Positions 40,041-49,331 of a stretch of DNA of 64,000 nt are shown here, piece after piece; positions within the stretch are counted from its first letter, which is position 1, and each line of letters starts with the position of its first letter. Origin of the DNA: Clostridia bacterium (GTDB lineage: Bacteria > Bacillota > Clostridia > TANB77 > CAG-508). Under the pieces are notes generated by a model. It was not told the origin of the DNA. It did no database searches and worked only from the letters and a program-made list of their open reading frames with translations. Both the position numbers and the translations under genes were made by a program. The stretch spans positions 1,873-65,872 of the forward strand of contig JAZSPC010000052.1 in the NCBI GenBank assembly GCA_045537285.1, given 5' to 3'.

Positions 40041-40047
40041 TTTTAAA

Positions 40048-40080
40048 TAGGCAAGCAAAAAAGCTTGCCATTTTTATTTT
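40048..40080 (+). terminator. Terminator after pflA
   Basis: ggcaagc-aaaaaa-gcttgcc stem followed by a T-run. Confidence 0.75.
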
Positions 40081-40170
40081 TTTTATAGAAAACTATTGTC
40101 TTTTTTCTTTTTATATGTTAAAATATTACTTAGTCTAATTTAGATTTAACAATTCGGAGGTGTTATAAAA

Positions 40171-40368
40171 ATGGCAAAATGCGCAATTTGTGAAAAATCT
40201 TTAAGCTATGGAAACAAATTAAGTATAGCTCGTTCTCACGTTAGTAACAGAGCTACTAGAACATGGAAACCAAATTTAAGAACTGTAAAAGCAATGGTTG
40301 ATGGTCAACCAAAAAGAATACATGTATGTGCTAAATGTTTACGTTCTGGAAAAGTTACAAGAGCTTAA
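40171..40368 (+). CDS. rpmB: 50S ribosomal protein L28
   Basis: 65 aa. Contains SHVSNRATRTWKPNL and VCAKCLRSGKV. Confidence 0.92.
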   Translation: MAKCAICEKSLSYGNKLSIARSHVSNRATRTWKPNLRTVKAMVDGQPKRIHVCAKCLRSGKVTRA

Positions 40369-40381
40369 TAATTGTATATAT

Positions 40382-40412
40382 AAAAACACATAGATATCCT
40401 ATGTGTTTTTTA
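40382..40412. terminator. Bidirectional terminator between rpmB and spoVM
   Basis: acacatag-atatc-ctatgtgt stem with T-runs on both strands. Confidence 0.75.
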
Positions 40413-40430
40413 TTACATAAAAATATGTAT

Positions 40431-40505
40431 TTAGTCCTTTATTCCAAAAAGAAGTTTCACTATTCCTCGTAAGCATTTTGGAACTTTTTTTACTACAATA
40501 TTCAT
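40431..40505 (-). CDS. spoVM: Stage V sporulation protein M-like 24-aa peptide
   Basis: Hand translation gives MNIVVKKVPKCLRGIVKLLFGIKD, compared with B. subtilis SpoVM MKFYTIKLPKFLGGIVRAMLGSFRKD. RBS GGAGAGTGGGAG. Convergent with rpmB, as in B. subtilis. Confidence 0.75.
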   Translation of the reverse strand: MNIVVKKVPKCLRGIVKLLFGIKD

Positions 40506-40523
40506 ACTCCCACTCTCCTAACC

Positions 40524-40676
40524 TTAACAAGATATACAGGCAAATCCACAAATAATTATACCCAACCCGAATATAAATAACCACCAAGATAAAGGAAGTA
40601 ATAATACAGCTAGTATTCCAGCGCCTAATCCTATTAAACATATTGCTATTGTTTTTTTAAAAAATTTAAAGCACAT
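40524..40676 (-). CDS. 50-aa two-TM mini-protein upstream of spoVM
   Basis: MCFKFFKKTIAICLIGLGAGILAVLLLPLSWWLFIFGLGIIICGFACISC. Strong RBS GAGGAGGGAG 5 nt upstream. Same frame as spoVM. Confidence 0.45.
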   Translation of the reverse strand: MCFKFFKKTIAICLIGLGAGILAVLLLPLSWWLFIFGLGIIICGFACISC

Positions 40677-40729
40677 ATTCTCCCTCCTCTAATTTATTAT
40701 ATTAATTTTTTATGTAAAAGGTGATTCAA

Positions 40730-41368
40730 ATGTACAATAAAAAAGATGCCATAAAAGTTGTAGAAATTTTAAAAGAATATTATCCTGATGCACAATGTAG
40801 TTTAGATTTTAAAACTCCTTTTGAATTAGTAGTTGCAACTATTCTTTCTGCACAATGTACAGATGAAAGAGTTAATAAAACTACTCCATCTATATTTTCT
40901 AAATACTCTACACCAGAAGATTTTGCAAATATAGATATAGAAGAACTAGAAAATTTAATTCATCCTTGTGGATTTTATAAAAATAAAGCTAAGAATATTA
41001 AAGCATGTGCTCAAAAGGTATTAACTGATTTTAATGGAGAGGTACCAAAAAACGCAGAAGATTTACTTACACTTCCTGGTGTTGGTAGAAAAACTGCAAA
41101 TGTTGTTATGTTAGAAGCTTTTGGTATTGCACAAGGAATCGCTGTTGATACGCACGCAAAAAGAATATCTAATTTAATAGGTTTATCAAAAGAAAAAGAC
41201 CCATTAAAAATTGAACAAAATTTATTAAAGCTATTTCCACAAGAATATTTAAAAGATATTAATCACTTATTTATGTGGCACGGTAGAAATATTTGTGTGG
41301 CAAGAAATCCAAAATGTGATATCTGCCCTATAAATAAATATTGTAATAATTTTTCAAAACTTCAATAA
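40730..41368 (+). CDS. nth: Endonuclease III
   Basis: Start at ATG 40730. HhH motif LPGVGRKTANVV, catalytic Lys/Asp region, and the [4Fe-4S] cluster C..ARNPKCDICPINKYC. Confidence 0.93.
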   Translation: MYNKKDAIKVVEILKEYYPDAQCSLDFKTPFELVVATILSAQCTDERVNKTTPSIFSKYSTPEDFANIDIEELENLIHPCGFYKNKAKNIKACAQKVLTDFNGEVPKNAEDLLTLPGVGRKTANVVMLEAFGIAQGIAVDTHAKRISNLIGLSKEKDPLKIEQNLLKLFPQEYLKDINHLFMWHGRNICVARNPKCDICPINKYCNNFSKLQ

Positions 41369-41469
41369 TTATATTATTGGAGTTTTGTGTTTTTTGTATG
41401 AATTCAATTGACAAATGCTATTATTGGCTATAAAATAAGTGCACAAATATTTTATTTAGGAGGATTAAA

Positions 41470-42747
41470 ATGCTTAAAAGATTTTCAAAATTTTTATTAA
41501 TTATGTTAGTTATGTTTGTAGTTTCGTCATCTTGTTTTACATGTTTCGCAGATGAAACACATGACCACGAACATACAAATACAACAAGTACAACAGAAAC
41601 TGATACTAATAATGAAACAACTTCTACGGAAGAAGAAATGCATGAAGGAGATTTATATATTTTTGATAATAATATTGTTATGGATAAATATGTAGATGGA
41701 AATGTATTTCTATTTGGTAATGATATTGAAATTACCGGTAGAGTAAATGGAAACTTATTTGTTTTTGGAAACAATGTAAAATTTGATAAATCTGTTGTAA
41801 GATATTCTATTTTTGTATGTGCAAATTCAGTATATTACAATGGTGGATGTGGTACAGATTATGATTACGGAAATTTATATGTTACAGCTTCAAAATTCGA
41901 AGGTACATATAGCTCTTTTGTAACTGGTGATCTTAAATGTGTTGCCTCAACTATTATACTTAAATCAGCTATTTATAGAGATGTTGATTTAATATGTAGT
42001 AATGTTAACTTTGGTGAAGGAGAAGACATTCCTATTATATGTGGCAATTTAAATTATACTGCTAATAACGAATTAATTATTCCAGAAAATGTAATGGCCG
42101 GAGAAGGCAATATTACATACACTGCTACTTATGATTTCACTAATGTAGAATCAATATTTGATACTCTTATAGGATTTGGAACTTGCATACTTACAGCCTT
42201 AGCACTATATATAATACTAAACAAACTTGCACCAAAATTTGTAGAAAAAGTAAATAATAATAAATTTTCTGTACTTTCATTGCTTAAAGCTTTTGGAATC
42301 GGTTTAGCTACAATATCTATTGTTTCAATATTTATTGTGCTTTTAGCAGGTACTATGGTTGGTGTTTCATTAGCAGTTATATTAGCATTGTTATTTGCTA
42401 TACTATGTATAATTGCAACACCTATATTAACAATTAAAATTACAAATACTTTAAAACCAGTATTAAAAATAGAGAAAACTTCTATATTCTATCTTGTTAT
42501 TGTATTAGTAAGCATAATTTTACATGGAATTACTTTAATACCTTTTGTTGGTGGATTGTTAGGTTTAATAATAAATATTACCGCAATTGGATTAATAGTA
42601 ACTGCATACCTACCACATAAAGAACTTTCTGATGAAAAAAAATTAGCCTTAGAAGAAGCAAAAAAACAAGCTAAGGAAAATAAAGAAAAAAGAAAACAAG
42701 AAAAACTTGAAGCAAAAGCAAATAAAAAAGAACAAAAACATTTATAA
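41470..42747 (+). CDS. Secreted/membrane protein with a bactofilin-like (polymer-forming, beta-helical) repeat domain, multi-TM C-terminal half and Lys-rich tail
   Basis: 425 aa. Signal peptide, His/Thr/Glu-rich segment DETHDHEHTNTTSTTETD, DGNVFLFGNDIEITGRVNGNLFVFGNNVKFD, about 5 TM segments, then KKQAKENKEKRKQEKLEAKANKKEQK. Confidence 0.55.
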   Translation: MLKRFSKFLLIMLVMFVVSSSCFTCFADETHDHEHTNTTSTTETDTNNETTSTEEEMHEGDLYIFDNNIVMDKYVDGNVFLFGNDIEITGRVNGNLFVFGNNVKFDKSVVRYSIFVCANSVYYNGGCGTDYDYGNLYVTASKFEGTYSSFVTGDLKCVASTIILKSAIYRDVDLICSNVNFGEGEDIPIICGNLNYTANNELIIPENVMAGEGNITYTATYDFTNVESIFDTLIGFGTCILTALALYIILNKLAPKFVEKVNNNKFSVLSLLKAFGIGLATISIVSIFIVLLAGTMVGVSLAVILALLFAILCIIATPILTIKITNTLKPVLKIEKTSIFYLVIVLVSIILHGITLIPFVGGLLGLIINITAIGLIVTAYLPHKELSDEKKLALEEAKKQAKENKEKRKQEKLEAKANKKEQKHL

Positions 42748-42750
42748 TAT

Positions 42751-42785
42751 AAAAATAGGAAGAATTTAAATTTCTTCCTATTTTT
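42751..42785. terminator. Bidirectional terminator
   Basis: ataggaaga-atttaaat-ttcttcctat stem with flanking A- and T-runs. Confidence 0.75.
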
Positions 42786-42790
42786 ATTAT

Positions 42791-43729
42791 TTATTCTAAT
42801 AATTTTAATTTTATTTTTTCAGCTTTATATTTATTTGTATTTTCATCAAGTACAAATTCTGTTAATGTTTCCACTAAACTTTCCTCATTTTGTTTTAAAT
42901 CTGTTGTATAGTATAATTTTAATTCTGGTATTTCTAATTTCTTAGTAACCATTTCTTTGAATGTTTCTGCCATGTGTTTATCATCTTCACATACTAATAT
43001 TAATTGTGGCATACTTCCAAAACCAGAATCTCCTGGCACAAAATTTTTGTAGAAATCTTGGTATAGCTTCATTTTATCAGATAATTTCTTTTGCCATTCT
43101 TCTTCTCTTCTTATAGTTTCAAATAAGAAAGTTATTGATTTACTTGCTTTTGTTAATTTTACACTTCCACCTGTTGGCTTAAATATTTTTCCTAAACTTT
43201 TTGCATTTAATGATGGTTTTGCTGTATATCCATCAAACGCTTTTACTTTTCTTAAATATGCAATAATTATTTGATTTCCAGCTAATCTTTTCTTAATCAT
43301 TCCTATTGGTTTTGTGTTATCTGTTTGTTGCCATTTACATTCTTGTTCTCTTGATGTTAATAAATATTTTCCCATTTTTTCTAAGCAATAAACTTTAAAT
43401 ATTCCTTTTCCCTCTTCTGATGAAAAATAATATCTTGTTAATATTTTAGATTTAACCATTTGATCTAATTTATTATTTAATTTGTCTTGTGATTTGTAAT
43501 CTATACCTTTGTGCTCTAATAACTGACATAACTGTCTTGATGTTACAAATTCTAATTCATTTACTATATTTAATATTTCAAAATGAATATCTGTAATATG
43601 CCCAATATTAATTTTGTTAATTATTTGGTTCATAGATACATATCCATCTTTCCCATCAAATACTTTTATTTCACCTTTTCGCACCGCAAATGGTGATTCG
43701 GTTGCTTCAATTTGGTTATCTTCTACCAT
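42791..43729 (-). CDS. Replication-relaxation-family-like protein (wHTH plus nuclease-like core)
   Basis: 312 aa. The pattern ITDIHFEILNIVNELEFVTSRQLCQLL…KLDQMVKSKILTRYYF resembles the winged-helix N-terminus of that plasmid/ICE family. Followed by FLFETIRREEEW and LILVCEDD. Called from memory of the family only. Confidence 0.45.
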   Translation of the reverse strand: MVEDNQIEATESPFAVRKGEIKVFDGKDGYVSMNQIINKINIGHITDIHFEILNIVNELEFVTSRQLCQLLEHKGIDYKSQDKLNNKLDQMVKSKILTRYYFSSEEGKGIFKVYCLEKMGKYLLTSREQECKWQQTDNTKPIGMIKKRLAGNQIIIAYLRKVKAFDGYTAKPSLNAKSLGKIFKPTGGSVKLTKASKSITFLFETIRREEEWQKKLSDKMKLYQDFYKNFVPGDSGFGSMPQLILVCEDDKHMAETFKEMVTKKLEIPELKLYYTTDLKQNEESLVETLTEFVLDENTNKYKAEKIKLKLLE

Positions 43730-43805
43730 AAATACCTCCTACAAAAACAGTAAATAACTGTTTCTTTAATATATTTTAAATTTTATCACAAACATTTTTG
43801 TTTGT

Positions 43806-44525
43806 CTATTTATTATTTAATAAATATTTTATTTCTTTTTCGTTTAAGTATCTCCATGTACCTAACTTTAAATCTTTTACTTCAATGTTGCCAATTTTGC
43901 TTCTGTGTAACGCTTGTACTTTTCTTCCAACTGCTTCACACATCTTTCTTACTTGTCTGTTTTTCCCTTCATGTATTGTTATTTCTAGTCTTGAAATATC
44001 TTTTTCTATATCAGTTTTTAATATTCTAACTTTTGCTGGTTTTGTAACATAATCTTCTATTTCTACACCTTTTTCTAATTGTTCTACTTCTTCGTTCGTT
44101 ACGATACCTTTTACAGTTACTGTATATGTTTTATTTGTTTCATGTTTTGGATGTGTAATTTTATATACAAAATCACCATCATTCGATAAAAGTAGAGCAC
44201 CTGATGTATACATATCAAGTCTTCCTACTGGAACAATTCTTTGTTTTACTTTTACTAAATCCAAAACCGAATCTCTTGAAAATTGGTCTTTTGATGTTGT
44301 TACATATCCTATTGGTTTGTTTAATAAAATATATACTAATTCTTCTTTTTTATCTATCTTTTTATTATCAAAAAGAACTATATCCTCTTCTGGATTTACT
44401 TTTGTTCCAAGTATAGCTACTTCGTTATTTACTTTTACTCTACCTTGTTCAATGTATTCTTCACATTTTCTTCTTGAAGCAATTCCTGCTTCTGCAAGAT
44501 ATTTTTGTAACCTGATTTCTTCCAT
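43806..44525 (-). CDS. rluB: Pseudouridine synthase, RsuA/RluB family
   Basis: 239 aa. S4 domain RLQKYLAEAGIASRRK and catalytic VGRLDMYTSGALLL. Confidence 0.9.
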   Translation of the reverse strand: MEEIRLQKYLAEAGIASRRKCEEYIEQGRVKVNNEVAILGTKVNPEEDIVLFDNKKIDKKEELVYILLNKPIGYVTTSKDQFSRDSVLDLVKVKQRIVPVGRLDMYTSGALLLSNDGDFVYKITHPKHETNKTYTVTVKGIVTNEEVEQLEKGVEIEDYVTKPAKVRILKTDIEKDISRLEITIHEGKNRQVRKMCEAVGRKVQALHRSKIGNIEVKDLKLGTWRYLNEKEIKYLLNNK

Positions 44526-45434
44526 TTATTCTTCCTCTAATTTATTTAAAACTTTTTCAAAATACTCCGGTATTGGTGCTTCTAGTTTTAAAACTTTACC
44601 TGTTGTTGGGTGCTTAAATTCTAACGATTTAGCATGTAACATTTGTCCCTCAACTCCAAATGGATTTCTTCCATTTGAGTATACACTATCTCCTACAATT
44701 GGATATCCAATTTCAGCTAAATGTACTCTAATTTGATGTGTTCTACCAGTGTCTATCTTTATATCTAAATATGTATAACCGTTATATCTTCTTATTACAT
44801 CAAAATGTGTTACTGCATTTTTACCATCTTTTCTAACTGCCATTTTTTTTCTGTCTTTATCACTTCTACCAATTGGCATATTTATTGTAGCAGTATTTTC
44901 TTTTATTACACCTCTTGCTAATGCAACATACTTTTTAGTTATTTCTCTATTTTTTATTTGCTCACTTAGATTAATATGTGCTTTATCATTTTTAGCAATT
45001 ATTAACAATCCAGAAGTATCTTTATCAATTCTATGTACTATTCCAGGTCTAATCTCTCCGCCTATTCCAGACAAAGAATCTTTGCAAATATTCATTATTG
45101 CATTAACTAATGTTCCATCTGGATTACCATTTGCAGGATGTACGACCATTCCCTTTGGTTTATTTACAACTATAATATCTGTATCTTCATAAATAACATT
45201 AATTGGAATATCTTGTGCTTTTAGTTCTATTTCCTTTGCAATAACTTCTTGGACTTCAATTTTATCATTTAGTTTTGTTTTATATGATGCTTTCTCTTGT
45301 TTACCGTTTACTAGAATATTACCATCATCTAACATTTTTTGTATCATACTTCTTGATAAATCTGGATTTAGTATAGTTATTACTTTATCTAATCTTATAT
45401 TTTGTGTATCAAGGTCTATTATATATTCCTTCAA
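44526..45434 (-). CDS. rluD: Pseudouridine synthase, RluA/RluD family
   Basis: 302 aa. Motifs HRIDKDTSGLLI and TGRTHQIRVHL. Confidence 0.9.
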   Translation of the reverse strand: MKEYIIDLDTQNIRLDKVITILNPDLSRSMIQKMLDDGNILVNGKQEKASYKTKLNDKIEVQEVIAKEIELKAQDIPINVIYEDTDIIVVNKPKGMVVHPANGNPDGTLVNAIMNICKDSLSGIGGEIRPGIVHRIDKDTSGLLIIAKNDKAHINLSEQIKNREITKKYVALARGVIKENTATINMPIGRSDKDRKKMAVRKDGKNAVTHFDVIRRYNGYTYLDIKIDTGRTHQIRVHLAEIGYPIVGDSVYSNGRNPFGVEGQMLHAKSLEFKHPTTGKVLKLEAPIPEYFEKVLNKLEEE

Positions 45435-45445
45435 TTTTCTCTCCT

Positions 45446-47101
45446 TTAATTTGCATTTAATCTTTCATAAATTATGAATTTTTCATCTTTATATAGTTCG
45501 TTATAGTCTGTATCTAGTCTTAGAACTTTATCTAATGTTGAATTTCTATAAATTAATAAATGTGTTATTCCATAGTGTTCAAATTTTTCTTCATAATCAT
45601 TAGATGCATTTGATAGGTTTATAAAGTCTCTAAAAATATCATCTTCCCAACCATTAAATGCTGGATCATATACATCTGCTCTTGAATCAATAAATACTGG
45701 AATATCTTTAAATAATATATAACTTCCAAAATTATATTCATTAAATAATTTCATATTTTCTATATCCAAATTTTCTTGTATATATTCTACCGCTTCTATC
45801 GGATAAGCTTTATCACTTACAATCTCTACATCTTTTAACTTGTTTAAAGCAAATATCATATATGCTACAAATACTGTATAAATAATTATTTTAGCTAGAA
45901 TTGAAGTTAAATATTTAAGTATCTCTTTTACTCCATTACTGTCATACTTTTCTATCATCTGACAAACCATTTTATTAATAACCACTATTCCAACAAAGAA
46001 CATCATTGATTGCTGTCTTCTAGACATTATGGTTAAAAACATTAGTCCACCTAATAGAAATAAGTCACTTAATCTAACTTTAACTTTTGTAAAACTTATT
46101 AGACCTACTGAGATAATAATAAATCCAAAAACATATATAGAACTATATAATACTATTGGTAAATGTTCTGATATATTTTGTGTTGTAGTACCTTGCATAG
46201 TATTTATTAAATATGTATATGGTGTATCTCCAATTGGAGTTAACAATCCCATAGCTAATGCTATAACCATTATTCCAATTAAATGTATAACATTTTTATT
46301 ATCTTGTACAATTATTTTATACGGTTCTTTTTTAACCTTCTCTGTTTCATTTTGTACTAATATTGCTTCATTTTTTTCTATTCTAGATTTTATTAATGCT
46401 AGTTCTTTTTCTTGTTTTTCATTTAACTTTTCTTTCTTTTCAAGCATTTTTAAATTTGCTTTATCTAACTTTAAACATACCTTTGTTATTATATCTTTTC
46501 CAATAAATGTGCTTATAGCATATTCGGCTATGTATGGCATGTATAATATAAAATAGAATGGAAATACTGCTGCATGTATATTAGCAATTGCAACTGGTAT
46601 TAATAATAATCCCACTACAAACCTTTTCTTATTTGTTTCTAAAAATCCTTCTATATAATATATTTCTAAAACAAATAAGATAAATGTAATAAGCTGTGCT
46701 CTTGCAGTAAAAAACGCTTTTCCAACATACATCATTAATATTGTTGTAAAAAATGGTATAACTGTATTTTTAGTTAACTTTGCATTAGTTAAATACATTA
46801 TAATTCCTAATACCGCCGTAAGTACGATTGTTGATATATATAACCCATTAAATCCACCAACCATATATACCAAATACATAATAATATCATATAACCAGTG
46901 TGGATATGTATATGGTAAGCCTTCATGCCATGCAAAATGCTCTTGCATATCTATCCCATTTTCTAATATTAATTCTCCTAATTTAATTGTGTAAAACGTA
47001 TCGTTTTGTAAATCCTTTGGTACTATGGCAATTGAAAATAAACAAATGCATATAATTGCCATAATTATAAATTTGATATTTAGTACTTTTTCTTCTTTCA
47101 T
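45446..47101 (-). CDS. Large polytopic membrane protein (possibly a GT-C-fold glycosyltransferase) with an internal coiled-coil insert
   Basis: 551 aa with more than 10 TM segments and a soluble C-terminal domain. Central Lys/Glu insert KANLKMLEKKEKLNEKQEKELALIKSRIEKNE. Confidence 0.4.
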   Translation of the reverse strand: MKEEKVLNIKFIIMAIICICLFSIAIVPKDLQNDTFYTIKLGELILENGIDMQEHFAWHEGLPYTYPHWLYDIIMYLVYMVGGFNGLYISTIVLTAVLGIIMYLTNAKLTKNTVIPFFTTILMMYVGKAFFTARAQLITFILFVLEIYYIEGFLETNKKRFVVGLLLIPVAIANIHAAVFPFYFILYMPYIAEYAISTFIGKDIITKVCLKLDKANLKMLEKKEKLNEKQEKELALIKSRIEKNEAILVQNETEKVKKEPYKIIVQDNKNVIHLIGIMVIALAMGLLTPIGDTPYTYLINTMQGTTTQNISEHLPIVLYSSIYVFGFIIISVGLISFTKVKVRLSDLFLLGGLMFLTIMSRRQQSMMFFVGIVVINKMVCQMIEKYDSNGVKEILKYLTSILAKIIIYTVFVAYMIFALNKLKDVEIVSDKAYPIEAVEYIQENLDIENMKLFNEYNFGSYILFKDIPVFIDSRADVYDPAFNGWEDDIFRDFINLSNASNDYEEKFEHYGITHLLIYRNSTLDKVLRLDTDYNELYKDEKFIIYERLNAN

Positions 47102-47164
47102 TTTAGTTCTCCTATATTTATTATTTTACTTGTATATTCTATAATAAAAAGTTGCTATTGTAAA

Positions 47165-47195
47165 GAAAAAACTAGCCAAATTTGACTAGTTTTTC
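47165..47195 (-). terminator. Terminator after pgi
   Basis: Minus strand AAAAACTAGTC-AAATTT-GGCTAGTTTTTTC. Confidence 0.7.
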
Positions 47196-47210
47196 TTTAT
47201 ATATATAATT

Positions 47211-48518
47211 TTATTTGTTCTCATACCCTGGTTTTCCTAAAAGTTTAAACATATTAGTTTTATACTTTTCAACACCCGGTTGATTAAATGGATTTACTCC
47301 TAATATTTTTCCAGACATTGCACAAGCAAGTTCGAAGAAATATATTAATTCTCCTACTCCTTCTTCATTTAAATTTTCAACATTTATCACTATGTTTGGA
47401 ACATCTCCATCAACATGTGCTTGAATTGTTCCTTCCATTGCTTTTTTATTAATATAGTCTAATGTTTTGTCTGTTAAATAATTTAATCCATCTAAATTAT
47501 CTTCATCTGGTTTTATATTAATATCTTGGTCTGTATTTACTATATTTAATACTGTTTCAAATAAATTCCTTCTTCCTTCTTGAATATATTGCCCCATAGA
47601 ATGAAGGTCTGTTGATAAATCTACCCCTGCTGGGAATATTCCTTTTAAGTCTTTTCCTTCACTTTCTCCATATAGTTGCTTCCACCACTCTGTTAAGAAA
47701 TGAAGTTTTGGCTCATAATTAGCTAATATTTCAATATATTTTTCATTTGAATACAAAATATTTCTTGCAACTGCATATTGGTAACATTCATTATACTTTA
47801 CATTACTATCCGAATATTTTTCTTTTGCAAATCTCGCACCAGACATTAATTTATCAATATTAATTCCAGCTACTGCTATTGGTAATAACCCAACTGCTGT
47901 TAAAACAGAATATCTTCCACCAACATTATCTGGAATAACAAAAGTTTCATATTCTTCTTCTGTTGATAAAGTTTTTAATGCTCCTTTTACTTTATCTGTT
48001 GTAACATATATCCTTTTTCTTGCTTCTTCTATTCCATATTTATTTTCTAAAATTTCTCTAAATACTCTAAATGCAATAGCCGGTTCCGTAGTTGTTCCAG
48101 ATTTCGATATTACATTTACAGAAAAATCTTTATCACCTATTAAATCTATTAAATCTAATATATATCTTGGGCTCATATTATTTCCTGCAAATAATACTCT
48201 TGGTGTTTTTCTTTTTTCTAGGTTATAGAAAGAATGTGTTAAACTTTCTATAACAGCTCTTGCTCCTAAGTATGAACCACCAATTCCAATTACAACTAAT
48301 ATCTCAGAATGCTTTTGAATATTTTTTGCTGCTCTTTTTATTCTTTCAAACTCTTCTTTATCATAATTTGTAGGTAAATCTATCCACCCTAAAAATTCTT
48401 TTTCATCATTTTTATTTGCTTGAAGCTCCTCATGGATTTGTTTTACTTGTTCACCATAATTTAATATTTCGTTTATAGCTATTCCTGTGTTTGACAAATC
48501 AATTTTAATATTTGACAT
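47211..48518 (-). CDS. pgi: Glucose-6-phosphate isomerase
   Basis: 435 aa. Motifs [35 protein letters not shown]. Confidence 0.94.
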   Translation of the reverse strand: MSNIKIDLSNTGIAINEILNYGEQVKQIHEELQANKNDEKEFLGWIDLPTNYDKEEFERIKRAAKNIQKHSEILVVIGIGGSYLGARAVIESLTHSFYNLEKRKTPRVLFAGNNMSPRYILDLIDLIGDKDFSVNVISKSGTTTEPAIAFRVFREILENKYGIEEARKRIYVTTDKVKGALKTLSTEEEYETFVIPDNVGGRYSVLTAVGLLPIAVAGINIDKLMSGARFAKEKYSDSNVKYNECYQYAVARNILYSNEKYIEILANYEPKLHFLTEWWKQLYGESEGKDLKGIFPAGVDLSTDLHSMGQYIQEGRRNLFETVLNIVNTDQDINIKPDEDNLDGLNYLTDKTLDYINKKAMEGTIQAHVDGDVPNIVINVENLNEEGVGELIYFFELACAMSGKILGVNPFNQPGVEKYKTNMFKLLGKPGYENK

Positions 48519-48544
48519 ATTTATACCTCACTTCTTTATATTAT

Positions 48545-49318
48545 TTATTTTTCTTCTTTTCCGTAAAGTTTTTCCGCTAACCTTTGCTCTTCTTCTCTTA
48601 ATTTTTCAAAATATTCTGTATAACACCCTATTTTTCTTATTTTCTCTTCTCTTTTACTTTTAGAATTTTCTTTTTCATATGTTAATTGTTCTTTTTCTCT
48701 TTGAGCAGCTTTTAACGCTTTTACTCTCTCTTCTTTTTTATCACTAAAATCAAAAATCGACTCATACTTTCCGTTTTTATCAAATCCATCTACTGTATAT
48801 CCATAAGCATTATACCCTTGCCTATCATAGTCATTTTTATCAAAACCTCTTATATCATATCCACTTATATCATACCCTTCTGAATTATATCCATACTTAT
48901 CAAATCCATCTGGTCCATATCGGCTCATAGTTTCTCTATGAATTCCTTTTTTATTAAAACCTTTTCTATCAAAACCTTCTGCATCATATCCTTTTGAATC
49001 AAAACCTTCTGCATCATAGTAGTTTTCATCAAACGTATTGGGCGTTTGTTGTAAATTTTGAGATTCCATTTCACTTATCACTTTTTCTTTTGCTTGCTTT
49101 ATCTGTTCTTTCCAATTTTCTTCTTGCTCTAATAATTTCCTTAATTCTTCTATTTTTTTATCATATTCAATTCTTGCTTGATCAATTTGAATTTCTAATT
49201 TTTCAATTCTTATATTAGCTCCTCTAATAGCTTCTTGATACATCTTTAGTTTTTCATTGTTATTTTCAATACTGGCAATTTGTTCTAATAATTCTTCCAC
49301 ATAATCAATTTCTTGCAT
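48545..49318 (-). CDS. Coiled-coil protein with a central pentapeptide-periodic G[FY][DN] repeat region
   Basis: 257 aa. EGFDSKGYDAEGFDRKGFNKKG…DGFDKYGYNSEGYDISGYDIRGFDKNDYDRQGYNAYGYTVDGFDKNG, flanked by Glu/Lys/Gln-rich helices. Confidence 0.55.
   Translation of the reverse strand: MQEIDYVEELLEQIASIENNNEKLKMYQEAIRGANIRIEKLEIQIDQARIEYDKKIEELRKLLEQEENWKEQIKQAKEKVISEMESQNLQQTPNTFDENYYDAEGFDSKGYDAEGFDRKGFNKKGIHRETMSRYGPDGFDKYGYNSEGYDISGYDIRGFDKNDYDRQGYNAYGYTVDGFDKNGKYESIFDFSDKKEERVKALKAAQREKEQLTYEKENSKSKREEKIRKIGCYTEYFEKLREEEQRLAEKLYGKEEK
48758..49033 (-). repeat. Array of about 16 five-residue x-G-[FY]-[DN]-x repeats (coding)
   Basis: Read from the translation (residues 96-187). The period of 5 is interrupted once by IHRETMSRYGP. 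Confidence 0.7.
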
Positions 49319-49331
49319 ATGGTATCTCCTT

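Noticed and set aside
40399-40641. 80-aa minus-strand ORF from the track, between rpmB and nth.
   Set aside because: It has no RBS and an odd composition. It overlaps, in a different frame, two short ORFs with strong RBSs, one of which is clearly SpoVM-like.
41421-41774. 117-aa minus-strand ORF.
   Set aside because: It is antisense to the 5' end of the bactofilin-like gene, which has a strong RBS and a signal peptide.
43798-44736. Plus-strand ORFs opposite rluB and rluD, and similarly 46029..46556 opposite the 551-aa membrane protein.
   Set aside because: They are shadow frames of well-supported minus-strand genes.
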